DNA from: a virus
Taxonomy: Duplodnaviria > Heunggongvirae > Uroviricota > Caudoviricetes
Reading direction: 5' to 3' (one strand)
Virus record (IMG/VR): IMGVR_UViG_3300042908_000811
Location: 64,001-74,599 of that record
DNA length: 10,599 bases
Position numbers and translations under genes: made by a program. A model generated the notes under the pieces. That model was not told where the DNA came from and ran no database searches. It saw nothing but the letters and a program-made list of their open reading frames with translations. Shown here one piece after another: positions 1-6,865 of the stretch; the stretch's first letter is position 1; every line of letters starts with the position of its first letter.

Positions 1-44
1 TCTTCTACTGTTATAGGTTTTTTATTTGAGGGTTTGTTTGCCAT
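1..44 (-). CDS. 5' end of a hypothetical protein running off the window (MANKPSNKKPITVE...)
   Basis: ATG at 44 on the minus strand, purine-rich RBS (AAGGGA) upstream, directly after the stop of 56..298; frame open to the window edge. Confidence 0.6.
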   Translation of the reverse strand, partial: MANKPSNKKPITVE

Positions 45-55
45 TATAGTTTCCC

Positions 56-298
56 TTATTTTTGCTTTTCCGCCAGTGTCCTGAGATAAGCAACCGCCAA
101 TTCAATTCCAAGATTAATTAAATAACTCGCGGCACTAATTCCTATAATTCTTAACTCATTAACAACGGCATCACGTTTTTCCGAACCAGGAATATCGTCT
201 CCATCAACCCTAAGTACAGTCGCTTTAATGCGGTCAAATAAAGAAGAACCTAAAACGATTTTTGCAAAACTTGATATAATAGTAGATTTTAACGACAT
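56..298 (-). CDS. Hypothetical protein (80 aa), weakly reminiscent of LL-H-type holin-like proteins
   Basis: Track ORF 56..307 starts at GTG, but GAGGTG (310-305) lies 6 nt before ATG 298, the better start. C-terminal G-x-EK-x(n)-IELAV pattern recalls LL-H-family proteins; no clear long TM helix. Late promoter at 323-330. Confidence 0.55.
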   Translation of the reverse strand: MSLKSTIISSFAKIVLGSSLFDRIKATVLRVDGDDIPGSEKRDAVVNELRIIGISAASYLINLGIELAVAYLRTLAEKQK

Positions 299-322
299 AT
301 CATTCACCTCTCTAAATGAGAG

Positions 323-330
323 TATTTATA
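323..330 (-). promoter_or_regulatory. T4-type late promoter TATAAATA
   Basis: Plus strand tatttata = TATAAATA on minus, 25 nt upstream of ATG 298. Confidence 0.75.
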
Positions 331-348
331 ATTAAATAGTTCTTAGCG

Positions 349-356
349 TATAAATA
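349..356 (+). promoter_or_regulatory. T4-type late promoter TATAAATA
   Basis: Exact match 33 nt upstream of ATG 390; heads the plus-strand operon 390..2030. Confidence 0.75.
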
Positions 357-389
357 GTAAAAACTCTCCCCAACATTATAGGAATTTAT

Positions 390-605
390 ATGGAAATATT
401 GTCTTGGTTTTTGGTTATCACTGTTGCAAATTCTGACGAATTGTTGGTTAAAGAAATGAAATCAAAAGAAGAATGTATTAAGGTTCAAAAGCAATTCGCT
501 AAAAAGGCACAAAAGAAAATAAGGCAAATACAAGACGTTACTTGTGAATATGGTACTATAACAAACCCTATCCCAGCAAACGCTCCAAAAGAAGAATACC
601 TTTAA
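390..605 (+). CDS. Hypothetical protein (71 aa), hydrophobic N-terminus, two Cys
   Basis: ORF track; AGGA RBS upstream; first gene after late promoter. Confidence 0.7.
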   Translation: MEILSWFLVITVANSDELLVKEMKSKEECIKVQKQFAKKAQKKIRQIQDVTCEYGTITNPIPANAPKEEYL

Positions 606-612
606 TAAATAC

Positions 613-693
613 ATGAAACGTTTGGTAATTGAAGCATTAATTTTTATTGCAATATTACTCAGTTCTGCGATAATATTAAAAATTAAAGGATAA
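613..693 (+). CDS. Small membrane peptide (26 aa, MKRLVIEALIFIAILLSSAIILKIKG)
   Basis: Manual translation; fills the gap between 605 and 695 in the same orientation; one hydrophobic helix flanked by basic residues. Not in the track. Confidence 0.5.
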   Translation: MKRLVIEALIFIAILLSSAIILKIKG

Positions 694-694
694 T

Positions 695-856
695 ATGGGA
701 AAAACTGCAACCAATCCGATTACTGGAGATAAAATCCAGACAAAAACAAGTTCAAAAAAATATTATGATAACTATGACTCAATTTTTAGAAAAGACAAGG
801 AATTAAAAAATAATGAAACTCCTACTAGCACTACTAATATTTCTTCCAATCAATAG
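695..856 (+). CDS. Small hypothetical protein (53 aa, MGKTATNPITGDKIQTKTSSKKYYDNYDSIFRK...)
   Basis: Manual translation; AAGGA RBS at 685-690; the N-x-ITGD-x-I-x-TK...Y-x-x-N-[YW]D-x-IF pattern resembles small proteins I recall from aquatic phages. Overlaps the start of 813. Confidence 0.65.
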   Translation: MGKTATNPITGDKIQTKTSSKKYYDNYDSIFRKDKELKNNETPTSTTNISSNQ

Positions 857-1226
857 TTATTCAGAAGAACAAATTAAAATTTTGAGAATTATAGATGCAG
901 ATACGATTTTAGTATCCGCTCCATTCATGCCCGCACCATTAAAAAAACAAATGCCAATGAGATTATCTAATGTAGATACTCCAAACATAAACCGTTGGGC
1001 AAATTGTGGTAACGAAGCAATACTTGGAGAAGAAGCAAAGAAATACGTTGAAAGTTTAATTAAGAAAAGTAAAAAGCAACAAGTAAAGATTGTTGGTTAC
1101 GATAAGTATGGTAGATGGTTGGGGCAAATTTATCTTGATGGTAAAAGTATATCAGATTCCTTAATAGAAAAGAAATTCGCTAGACCTTATTATGGCGGTA
1201 AAAAGCAATCTTGGTGCAATAAATGA
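813..1226 (+). CDS. SNase-like (thermonuclease family) nuclease with N-terminal signal peptide
   Basis: Motifs IIDADTI, RLSNVDTP, DKYGRWLG and GKSISDSLIEKKFARPY match the staphylococcal nuclease fold; MKLLLALLIFLPINSYS resembles a Sec signal peptide. Confidence 0.9.
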   Translation: MKLLLALLIFLPINSYSEEQIKILRIIDADTILVSAPFMPAPLKKQMPMRLSNVDTPNINRWANCGNEAILGEEAKKYVESLIKKSKKQQVKIVGYDKYGRWLGQIYLDGKSISDSLIEKKFARPYYGGKKQSWCNK

Positions 1227-1765
1227 AACAATTTAAAGAACATTTATCAGAAAATATAATTTCAGAAGCGTTCCAATATCATTTAGAAAATAACATCCCT
1301 TTCGACGATTGCGTTTTTAGGTATGGATCAGAAATGTATTTTGAATTTATTCATACTCTGAGAGAATATTATAATAAGAATTTACTCGAAGGCTATAACT
1401 ATTCTGAATACGAATTAGAGTTAATTAATTCCGATTTGGGCGAATTTGCGATGTATGAAAATGAAATGGTTCCGTTAGATTTAATTATTGAAGAAGAAAC
1501 TCCAGAATTAAATAAACCGAAAAGGGGCGGACCTAAGAAATTTTATGTTCACGTAAGAGACCCAAAGTCAGGGAATATTAAGAAGGTTGCTTTTGGTGAT
1601 ACTACTGGATTGGCTGTCAAGTACGATAACCCAGAAAGGAAAAAGGCATTTGCTGCAAGACATAATTGCTCAGATAAAACAGATAAGACTTCTCCTGGGT
1701 ATTGGGCGTGTAGGGTGAATAAGTATATGGCAAAAACGCCAGCAGGTAGAAGTGGATATTGGTGA
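1223..1765 (+). CDS. Hypothetical phage protein (180 aa): acidic N-half, basic C-terminal domain (KKFYVHV...KKVAFGD...FAARHNC...GYWACR)
   Basis: ATGA overlap with the nuclease gene; the C-terminal motif resembles a widespread unknown-function domain of aquatic phages; N-terminus MKQFKEHLSENIISEA. Confidence 0.85.
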   Translation: MKQFKEHLSENIISEAFQYHLENNIPFDDCVFRYGSEMYFEFIHTLREYYNKNLLEGYNYSEYELELINSDLGEFAMYENEMVPLDLIIEEETPELNKPKRGGPKKFYVHVRDPKSGNIKKVAFGDTTGLAVKYDNPERKKAFAARHNCSDKTDKTSPGYWACRVNKYMAKTPAGRSGYW

Positions 1766-1766
1766 T

Positions 1767-2030
1767 ATGCTACCATATATTGATGAAGAACAACCAGATC
1801 ACACTCTAAGAATATTTGATTCTACATTTGATTCCAACGATTTCTATTGGCACAAAGATAAAAAAGATAGGTTAATAACAGCAGTTTCTGGAGAAGATTG
1901 GGAATTACAAATTGATAATCAACTCCCAATAAAATTAGAAATAGATAAAGTATATCCTGTCCAAAAAGAAACTTGGCACAGAATAATTAAAGGCGAAGGA
2001 GATTTAATCTTAAAGATTAAAGAATACTAA
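1767..2030 (+). CDS. Small cupin-like beta-barrel protein (87 aa)
   Basis: Track start is GTG 1752; ATG 1767, 1 nt after the upstream stop, is more plausible. WHKD...WHRIIKG His pair and alternating beta pattern suggest a cupin fold (inference). Confidence 0.7.
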   Translation: MLPYIDEEQPDHTLRIFDSTFDSNDFYWHKDKKDRLITAVSGEDWELQIDNQLPIKLEIDKVYPVQKETWHRIIKGEGDLILKIKEY

Positions 2031-2347
2031 AGGTTTTTATAAAATTCAGATAGTTTTTGTAATTCTTCTTTTGAAGCGTTACTTTTAAATTTATTCGCCT
2101 TTAAAGAAATTACAATAATATTATCTATTTCATATCCCTTTGTAGAATCTATTCTATCTATAGAAATAGAATTATCTTCTGCTTTATTTCTATTAAATTT
2201 AATAGGAATTCCTAAAATAGGACATGTAATAGGATAGGTTAGATTATTAAGGTCTGTTATGGATAGGTTAAAAGGTATTCCGCGAGATTTAGCAGAACCT
2301 TTTAACCTATTATAGATAGTTTTTATTTCGGGAGTATATCCAATCAC
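2027..2347 (-). CDS. His-Me finger (HNH-like) endonuclease
   Basis: CPILG...SIDRIDSTKGYEIDNIIVISLKANKFK is the phage DRID-type beta-beta-alpha-Me motif; GTG start overlaps the upstream TGA (GTGA coupling). Confidence 0.8.
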   Translation of the reverse strand: MIGYTPEIKTIYNRLKGSAKSRGIPFNLSITDLNNLTYPITCPILGIPIKFNRNKAEDNSISIDRIDSTKGYEIDNIIVISLKANKFKSNASKEELQKLSEFYKNL

Positions 2348-2490
2348 TTTTTATCAGGTTTCTGATAATCTTCCAGTTTTTGATTGCTTCCCTGTCTTTG
2401 CGGTTTCTTATTAAGAAAAGAAGCTGTTCTGGCTATTTCTTCAGCCATCTTCTTTTTGTCTTCTTCGTTTGGTATATAACGATTCACCAT
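2344..2490 (-). CDS. Small charged hypothetical protein (48 aa, MVNRYIPNEEDKKKMAEEIART...)
   Basis: Manual translation; ATG 3 nt after the 2494 stop, and its TGA overlaps the HNH start. Not in the track. Confidence 0.6.
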   Translation of the reverse strand: MVNRYIPNEEDKKKMAEEIARTASFLNKKPQRQGSNQKLEDYQKPDKK

Positions 2491-2493
2491 AAT

Positions 2494-3393
2494 TTATTTC
2501 ACACCCATTTCTTTATTTCTTTGTTGTTGTATTTTTAAGAATTCAGCAGCAGCTTTAGGGTCTTTCGATAGTCTGGAATAAGTGTCAGCAACGCCGCTTT
2601 CTACTTCTTTAGAACCGCCAGAAAGTTTACCCAAAACGTCTCCAACTTTGTATATAGGGGAAACAGACGCTTCCCTTTTCTTAATCAATTCTTTTGCCTT
2701 TTCTAAATCGTCTGGCTGTTTAGTTCCAGGAAGAAGTTTTTGTTGTGTGGTAGGAAGTTTTGCTGGTGTGGTAGGAAGTTTTGCAGGCTTTGCTGCGTCT
2801 GAAGGTTGTTGAGACTTTTCGGCAGCTCTTTCTTTACCCAGACGTTTTAATTCTTCTGCCCTTCTCTTCAACCTTTCCCTTTCTTCTTCAGATTTCTTTA
2901 AATACTCTGCACCACCACCAGCCATAGCACCGCCAGTAACGCCTCCAACAACTCTACCTAAAGAACCGCCAAGTTTTCCGCCAACCCTACTACCAACAGT
3001 AGCGCCAACAACAGAAGGAATTGCTCGACCTACTCTTTCGCCGCTCTTAAATAATGTTGGGCTTCTCTGTTTTCTAATTTGTTGGGACTTTTCTATTTTC
3101 TTTTCTTCTTCCTCTGGAGATTTACCAGTAAAGAAACTTCTCGCTTTACCACCCCAACGTTTAAATCTCTCTTTACCTAAAAGACCTTGAGCGTATCCAG
3201 AAGAAACGTCTCCAAGATCTCTACTAAATTCTTTGGTAGAATATTCGTTTATACAAGTTTTAATTTCTAAAATTTCTTCTTCAGAAAAGATACCGTCTTC
3301 AATAAATTTTGCGTACTCTTCTTCGCTGAAGACGTCAAAAGTTTCTTGCAAATTTGTTCTTTGTTGTTCTCTTAATTGTTTGAAAGTTTTCAT
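2494..3393 (-). CDS. Putative internal head/virion cargo protein (299 aa) with glycine-zipper segment and P/K/T-rich region
   Basis: ATG 3393 preferred over GTG 3396 (GAGG upstream). N-terminus MKTFKQLRE; GxxxG-rich stretch; PAKLPTT repeat; in the late operon from the 4205-4212 promoter. Confidence 0.8.
   Translation of the reverse strand: MKTFKQLREQQRTNLQETFDVFSEEEYAKFIEDGIFSEEEILEIKTCINEYSTKEFSRDLGDVSSGYAQGLLGKERFKRWGGKARSFFTGKSPEEEEKKIEKSQQIRKQRSPTLFKSGERVGRAIPSVVGATVGSRVGGKLGGSLGRVVGGVTGGAMAGGGAEYLKKSEEERERLKRRAEELKRLGKERAAEKSQQPSDAAKPAKLPTTPAKLPTTQQKLLPGTKQPDDLEKAKELIKKREASVSPIYKVGDVLGKLSGGSKEVESGVADTYSRLSKDPKAAAEFLKIQQQRNKEMGVK
2745..2786. repeat. 21-bp tandem repeat x2 encoding PAKLPTT
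   Basis: gtgtggtaggaagttttgctg / gtgtggtaggaagttttgcag. Confidence 0.9.
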
Positions 3394-3403
3394 CACTAAA
3401 CCC

Positions 3404-4174
3404 TCAAACCCATTTTCCGCCGCCAGCAGAAGGATTCTTTTTCAATTCAGAAGAAGAAAGTCTTGGTGGGGTTGTTGGGGAAAGTTTTGGTTCTGGACCT
3501 ACTGGTTTTGCTGGTTCTCCACCCAATTTAGAAATTGCAGAACGTACTTGAGAACTAGACTGTCCGCCCGGAGAAATAGGTTTCTCCATTCTAGTTTGAG
3601 GCGTCAATACAGATTTTAATGTTCCCGTTTTTGACGCCATATCAGAAGTCGCTGATTTCATTCTTGCAGCGCTTGCCCTCAAATCGTCCATAGCTGGAGA
3701 AGAAGTTGGTAAGGACTTCTTAGCGGGTATTGGCGCTGGTTTTGGAATTGGTTTAATATTCGGTTTCGCCGCAGACGTTTTAGGGACCGGAGTTGGTTTC
3801 GCCACAGACGTTTTAGGGGCTGGAGTTGGTTTCGGGGTGGTTGTTGAAGGAACTGGCGCAGGTTTTGCTGCTGATCTTTCTTTACCCAATTGTTTTAATT
3901 CTTGCGCTCTTTGTTTTCTGGATTCTATAGAAGACTGCTGAGGTTTTGCTGCATCTGTTGTTGGTTCGCTTCTAACAGGAACGCTTGGTTTCTGAGATTT
4001 TAATGGTTTGTTCATTCCCGGAATCATTTGACCAACAGCAGCAACCTTTTGTTTTGCCTTTTGCCAGAATGGTTTAGTTCCCAACCAAGGGTCATTAACG
4101 TATTGATCATTTTTATCCGCTTCAGAAATAACTGATTCGTTGATTTCTTTTCTTAATTCTTTAAACGTTTTCAT
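3404..4174 (-). CDS. Putative internal head/virion cargo protein (256 aa), Pro/Lys/Ala/Ser-rich, largely disordered
   Basis: N-terminus MKTFKELRKEINESVISEA; AAGGT RBS; first gene after late promoter 4205-4212; shares RAxELKxLGKER with the downstream gene. Confidence 0.85.
   Translation of the reverse strand: MKTFKELRKEINESVISEADKNDQYVNDPWLGTKPFWQKAKQKVAAVGQMIPGMNKPLKSQKPSVPVRSEPTTDAAKPQQSSIESRKQRAQELKQLGKERSAAKPAPVPSTTTPKPTPAPKTSVAKPTPVPKTSAAKPNIKPIPKPAPIPAKKSLPTSSPAMDDLRASAARMKSATSDMASKTGTLKSVLTPQTRMEKPISPGGQSSSQVRSAISKLGGEPAKPVGPEPKLSPTTPPRLSSSELKKNPSAGGGKWV
3762..3834. repeat. 33-bp imperfect tandem repeat (~2.2 copies) encoding KPTP[AV]PKTS[VA]A
   Basis: ggtttcgccgcagacgttttagggaccggagtt / ggtttcgccacagacgttttaggggctggagtt / ggtttcg. 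Confidence 0.85.
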
Positions 4175-4204
4175 TCCAGAAATACCTTATTGTTTTGATT
4201 AAAG

Positions 4205-4212
4205 TATTTATA
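4205..4212 (-). promoter_or_regulatory. T4-type late promoter TATAAATA
   Basis: Exact match on minus, 30 nt upstream of ATG 4174. Confidence 0.8.
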
Positions 4213-4218
4213 AAAAAA

Positions 4219-4226
4219 TATAAATA
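4219..4226 (+). promoter_or_regulatory. T4-type late promoter TATAAATA
   Basis: Exact match, back-to-back with 4205-4212; upstream of ATG 4278. Confidence 0.8.
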
Positions 4227-4277
4227 AACCAAGAGGAACAAATTCCTTCTTGTTTATTATTTTTATTGGAGAAAACT

Positions 4278-4442
4278 ATGATTAATCTAAACCTTGAAAT
4301 TGCTGAAGTGAATGGCGTATTAACTGCACTAGGACAAATGCCCTACGCACAAGTAACAGAACTTGTTGAGAAAATTAAACAACAAGCAATCCCACAAGTT
4401 CAAGCACAACAACAAGAAGTTTCAGAAAATAACGAAGAGTAA
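4278..4442 (+). CDS. Small hypothetical protein (54 aa, MINLNLEIAEVNGVLTALGQMPYAQVTELVEKIKQQAIPQ...)
   Basis: Manual translation; GGAG RBS at 4268-4271; stop 3 nt before ATG 4446; the LG-x-x-PY-x-x-V-x-x-L-x-x-KI-x-x-Q pattern resembles small proteins I recall near phage tail genes. Missed by the track. Confidence 0.85.
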   Translation: MINLNLEIAEVNGVLTALGQMPYAQVTELVEKIKQQAIPQVQAQQQEVSENNEE

Positions 4443-4445
4443 GAA

Positions 4446-5378
4446 ATGACTACAAATTTAACAGCTATTTTAGGCGGTTCATCTGGTGGATCGTGGAAAT
4501 CACAGACATTTACTACTTCGGGAACATGGGTAAAACCAGAAGGCGTTGAGGTGGTAAAAGTCGTCATGGCTGGTGGCGGTGGGGGCGGCGGTTATTGGGA
4601 TTCTCCCGGTGGAAGTGGAGGAAACTCAATTTTCTATGCTCCAATACCTATTTATGCTTCTGGCGGTTTTGGTGCTCTAAGAGCAGATTTCTCTGCATGG
4701 AACGAAAATATTATAAATGGTTGGGGCGGTAATGGTGGTGGCGTATCTGGGGGAGAAGTTCTTTTGCTTCACACATCCGGAATTATTCTCGGTAGCCCTC
4801 CACAAGTAATAACAAACACAAATTCTGGTAAATCCTATACAACCAATAACGGAACGAGAGTTAAAACTCATGGAGGCGCAGGTATGCCGTCCGGAAATTC
4901 TATCTCTGGTGCTGGTGGAGCCGCTGGTTCAAGACGTGGTGGAGCAATTCCCGGTTTCGGTAATTCCGGCACATCTGGTATATGGAATATCAATGATGAT
5001 GATTCTGCGGAATACGGTCCCGGTGGTGGCGGTGGCGCTTCCTTTGGTGATGGAGGAATGGGTGTCGGAAGACCAGCACGAAACACAACACCAACACAAG
5101 CAACTCCCGGCATTTTTGGTGGTGGTGGCGGCGGTGGCGCTTATATAAGAGCTAACAGAACCACATTTAATTTCATCGGCGGTCCAGGTGGCGGTGGCGG
5201 AGAAATCGTAATTCGTGATGTTCCCGTAAAAGACGTGGCTTCCGTTTTTGTGGCTATAGGTGCCGGTGGTGCTCCTGCCACTCAATCAGGAACGTCAAAT
5301 AATACGTGGAGAGGTGGAATAACTACAGTTGCTCCTTCTGCTGGTGGTGCTGGTATTTGTCAAATTTTTTGGAGTTAA
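4446..5378 (+). CDS. Glycine-rich tail-fibre/adhesin-like protein (310 aa)
   Basis: FTTSGTWVKP...VVMAGGGGGG, GGGGGEIV...V-x-IGAGG and GAGICQIFW are the hallmarks of phage glycine-rich (polyglycine sandwich) tail domains; late promoter upstream. Confidence 0.85.
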   Translation: MTTNLTAILGGSSGGSWKSQTFTTSGTWVKPEGVEVVKVVMAGGGGGGGYWDSPGGSGGNSIFYAPIPIYASGGFGALRADFSAWNENIINGWGGNGGGVSGGEVLLLHTSGIILGSPPQVITNTNSGKSYTTNNGTRVKTHGGAGMPSGNSISGAGGAAGSRRGGAIPGFGNSGTSGIWNINDDDSAEYGPGGGGGASFGDGGMGVGRPARNTTPTQATPGIFGGGGGGGAYIRANRTTFNFIGGPGGGGGEIVIRDVPVKDVASVFVAIGAGGAPATQSGTSNNTWRGGITTVAPSAGGAGICQIFWS

Positions 5379-5380
5379 TT

Positions 5381-5704
5381 ATGTATAAATTTGCAACAAT
5401 TTCTAATGGAATCGTTACCAATATTATTGAATCTAATGATTATGAATCCATTAATATGCTAAAACAATATAATGAAGAAGTTATTATGGCAAACAATAGA
5501 GATGTAGAAATTGGATTTATTTGGGATGGTGATACCTTTTATAAAGACCCCCTTTTAGTAGAAAAGGAAAATAAAATCGTTGAAAAAAATTCAAATAAAA
5601 TGCTTGAGGAAAAACAAACTTTATACGATCAATTGTCAGTTAAAGAAAGTTTATCTGATGAAGAACAAGAAACTCTCGATCTATTAAAATTAGATTTGGA
5701 ATAA
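5381..5704 (+). CDS. Tail-fibre-associated chaperone-like protein (107 aa)
   Basis: True start is likely ATG 5381 (GGAG at 5371-5374), not track 5306. FATISNGIVTNII...IGFIWDGDTF motif; directly downstream of the Gly-rich gene. Confidence 0.7.
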   Translation: MYKFATISNGIVTNIIESNDYESINMLKQYNEEVIMANNRDVEIGFIWDGDTFYKDPLLVEKENKIVEKNSNKMLEEKQTLYDQLSVKESLSDEEQETLDLLKLDLE

Positions 5705-5734
5705 GAAAAAGGGGAGTTAACTCCCCTTTCTTTT
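5705..5734. terminator. Bidirectional intrinsic terminator
   Basis: Perfect palindrome aaaggggag-ttaa-ctccccttt (5708-5729), A-run before and T-run after, between convergent genes. Confidence 0.85.
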
Positions 5735-5827
5735 CCCTACGAATTCTCTACCGTCAATAGTTTTGGATTCCATTTCTGGAATAATTGACACATCACAGTG
5801 AATAAACATAATTACTTTTTTTTGTTT

Positions 5828-6625
5828 CTACAAAAAATTCGTATTAAAGACTTCAGAATTTATATCGATCCTGTCTAGGTTTGGAAGTTTTCCTGTTACA
5901 ATTTTCCAACTTTTATTAGGGAAATCTTTCTTCACGATTAATTGATTATCCATTTTATCGAAATTTTCATCTGACATTACAGTATTCATTTTAATCAAAT
6001 TGTATCTTTCTTCAGGATCTTTTCCTCTAAATCTTATATATTGTAGAGGATCGCCTTCATTTATTTCAATATTAAAGTCTAATATCTCAAACGTTGGTAC
6101 AATAGGTCTTTGCCAATTATAGATATTAAATGATCCAGGAATCAATCGCAAGGATGGATTATTGTGAAAATATGCCGGAAACGTTTCTATCCAAACATCT
6201 TCTACAGAGGAGAAGAATATCACATTAAGATTTTTATATTCTAATATAGGAATTCCATCATTACTCTTTGTTATTTTTTCAGCAACCTCTTCTGAATTTC
6301 GAAGTTCTTCAACGGAATTGATACGAATGGAATGTGGGGCATTAATACTCCACATTTGGTTTACATAAGAAGTAAATGCTGGACACTTTTTTATATCAGA
6401 ATTAGAATCTTGACAAACGCCTACATTTGACACATCAACATTAACAAAATCCCTTTTGCTTCTTCTATCTAAATCTTTAATATCGTCTATATTTACAACA
6501 TCACCCAATTCTCTACCACTAAGAAAATTGGATATATTCTTTAATACATTAGCGGGGATATCCTTCCCAACAAAAACGTCTTGTTTATTTGAGGCACAAT
6601 ACCCAAAATAATATATATTAATCAC
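5828..6625 (-). CDS. Hypothetical protein (265 aa); possible dUTPase-like beta fold, no catalytic motifs recognised
   Basis: ORF track; KKCPAF, IPGSFNIYNWQRP and INEGDPLQYIRF patterns resemble unknown-function proteins of aquatic T4-like phages. Confidence 0.75.
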   Translation of the reverse strand: MINIYYFGYCASNKQDVFVGKDIPANVLKNISNFLSGRELGDVVNIDDIKDLDRRSKRDFVNVDVSNVGVCQDSNSDIKKCPAFTSYVNQMWSINAPHSIRINSVEELRNSEEVAEKITKSNDGIPILEYKNLNVIFFSSVEDVWIETFPAYFHNNPSLRLIPGSFNIYNWQRPIVPTFEILDFNIEINEGDPLQYIRFRGKDPEERYNLIKMNTVMSDENFDKMDNQLIVKKDFPNKSWKIVTGKLPNLDRIDINSEVFNTNFL

Positions 6626-6641
6626 AATAAAAAACCAAATA

Positions 6642-6854
6642 TTAAATTACAGAAGCAGTTGCTGTATTACTCGTTAACTCTTCTATTACTGGTGGATTTG
6701 GATTATCTATAAATTCTTTTCCTGTCCAAAGTTTTCCAATAAATGACAAATTGTATGATGGAATAGAAATCATATCATCATACTGAACGTTTGCTGTCAA
6801 TTCTGAGATAGCGATAACAATGTTTTCGTTCGAAATTGTTGCGTAATAAAACAT
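6642..6854 (-). CDS. Tail-fibre-associated chaperone-like protein (70 aa), paralogue of 5381..5704
   Basis: GGAG (6864-6861) 6 nt before ATG 6854 favours this start over 6866; YATISNENIV...IGKLWTGKEF. Confidence 0.7.
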   Translation of the reverse strand: MFYYATISNENIVIAISELTANVQYDDMISIPSYNLSFIGKLWTGKEFIDNPNPPVIEELTSNTATASVI

Positions 6855-6865
6855 AATATTCTCCA

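Noticed and set aside
462-710. Minus-strand 82-aa ORF
   Set aside because: Antisense to three coupled plus-strand ORFs; F/L-rich shadow of A-rich codons.
1549-1776. Minus-strand 75-aa ORF
   Set aside because: Shadow of the conserved 1223..1765 domain.
2582-3619. Plus-strand ORFs 2582..2812 and 3233..3619
   Set aside because: Antisense to the well-supported late genes; no RBS or motif.
4677-5285. Alternative-frame ORFs 4677..4871, 4868..5113, 4870..5148, 4929..5285
   Set aside because: By-products of GC-rich Gly codons in 4446..5378.
5717-5809. 30-aa minus ORF MFIHCDVSIIPEMESKTIDGREFVGKRKGS
   Set aside because: No clear RBS and the stop lies inside the terminator loop; GREFV similarity to the chaperone GKEFI is too short to support.
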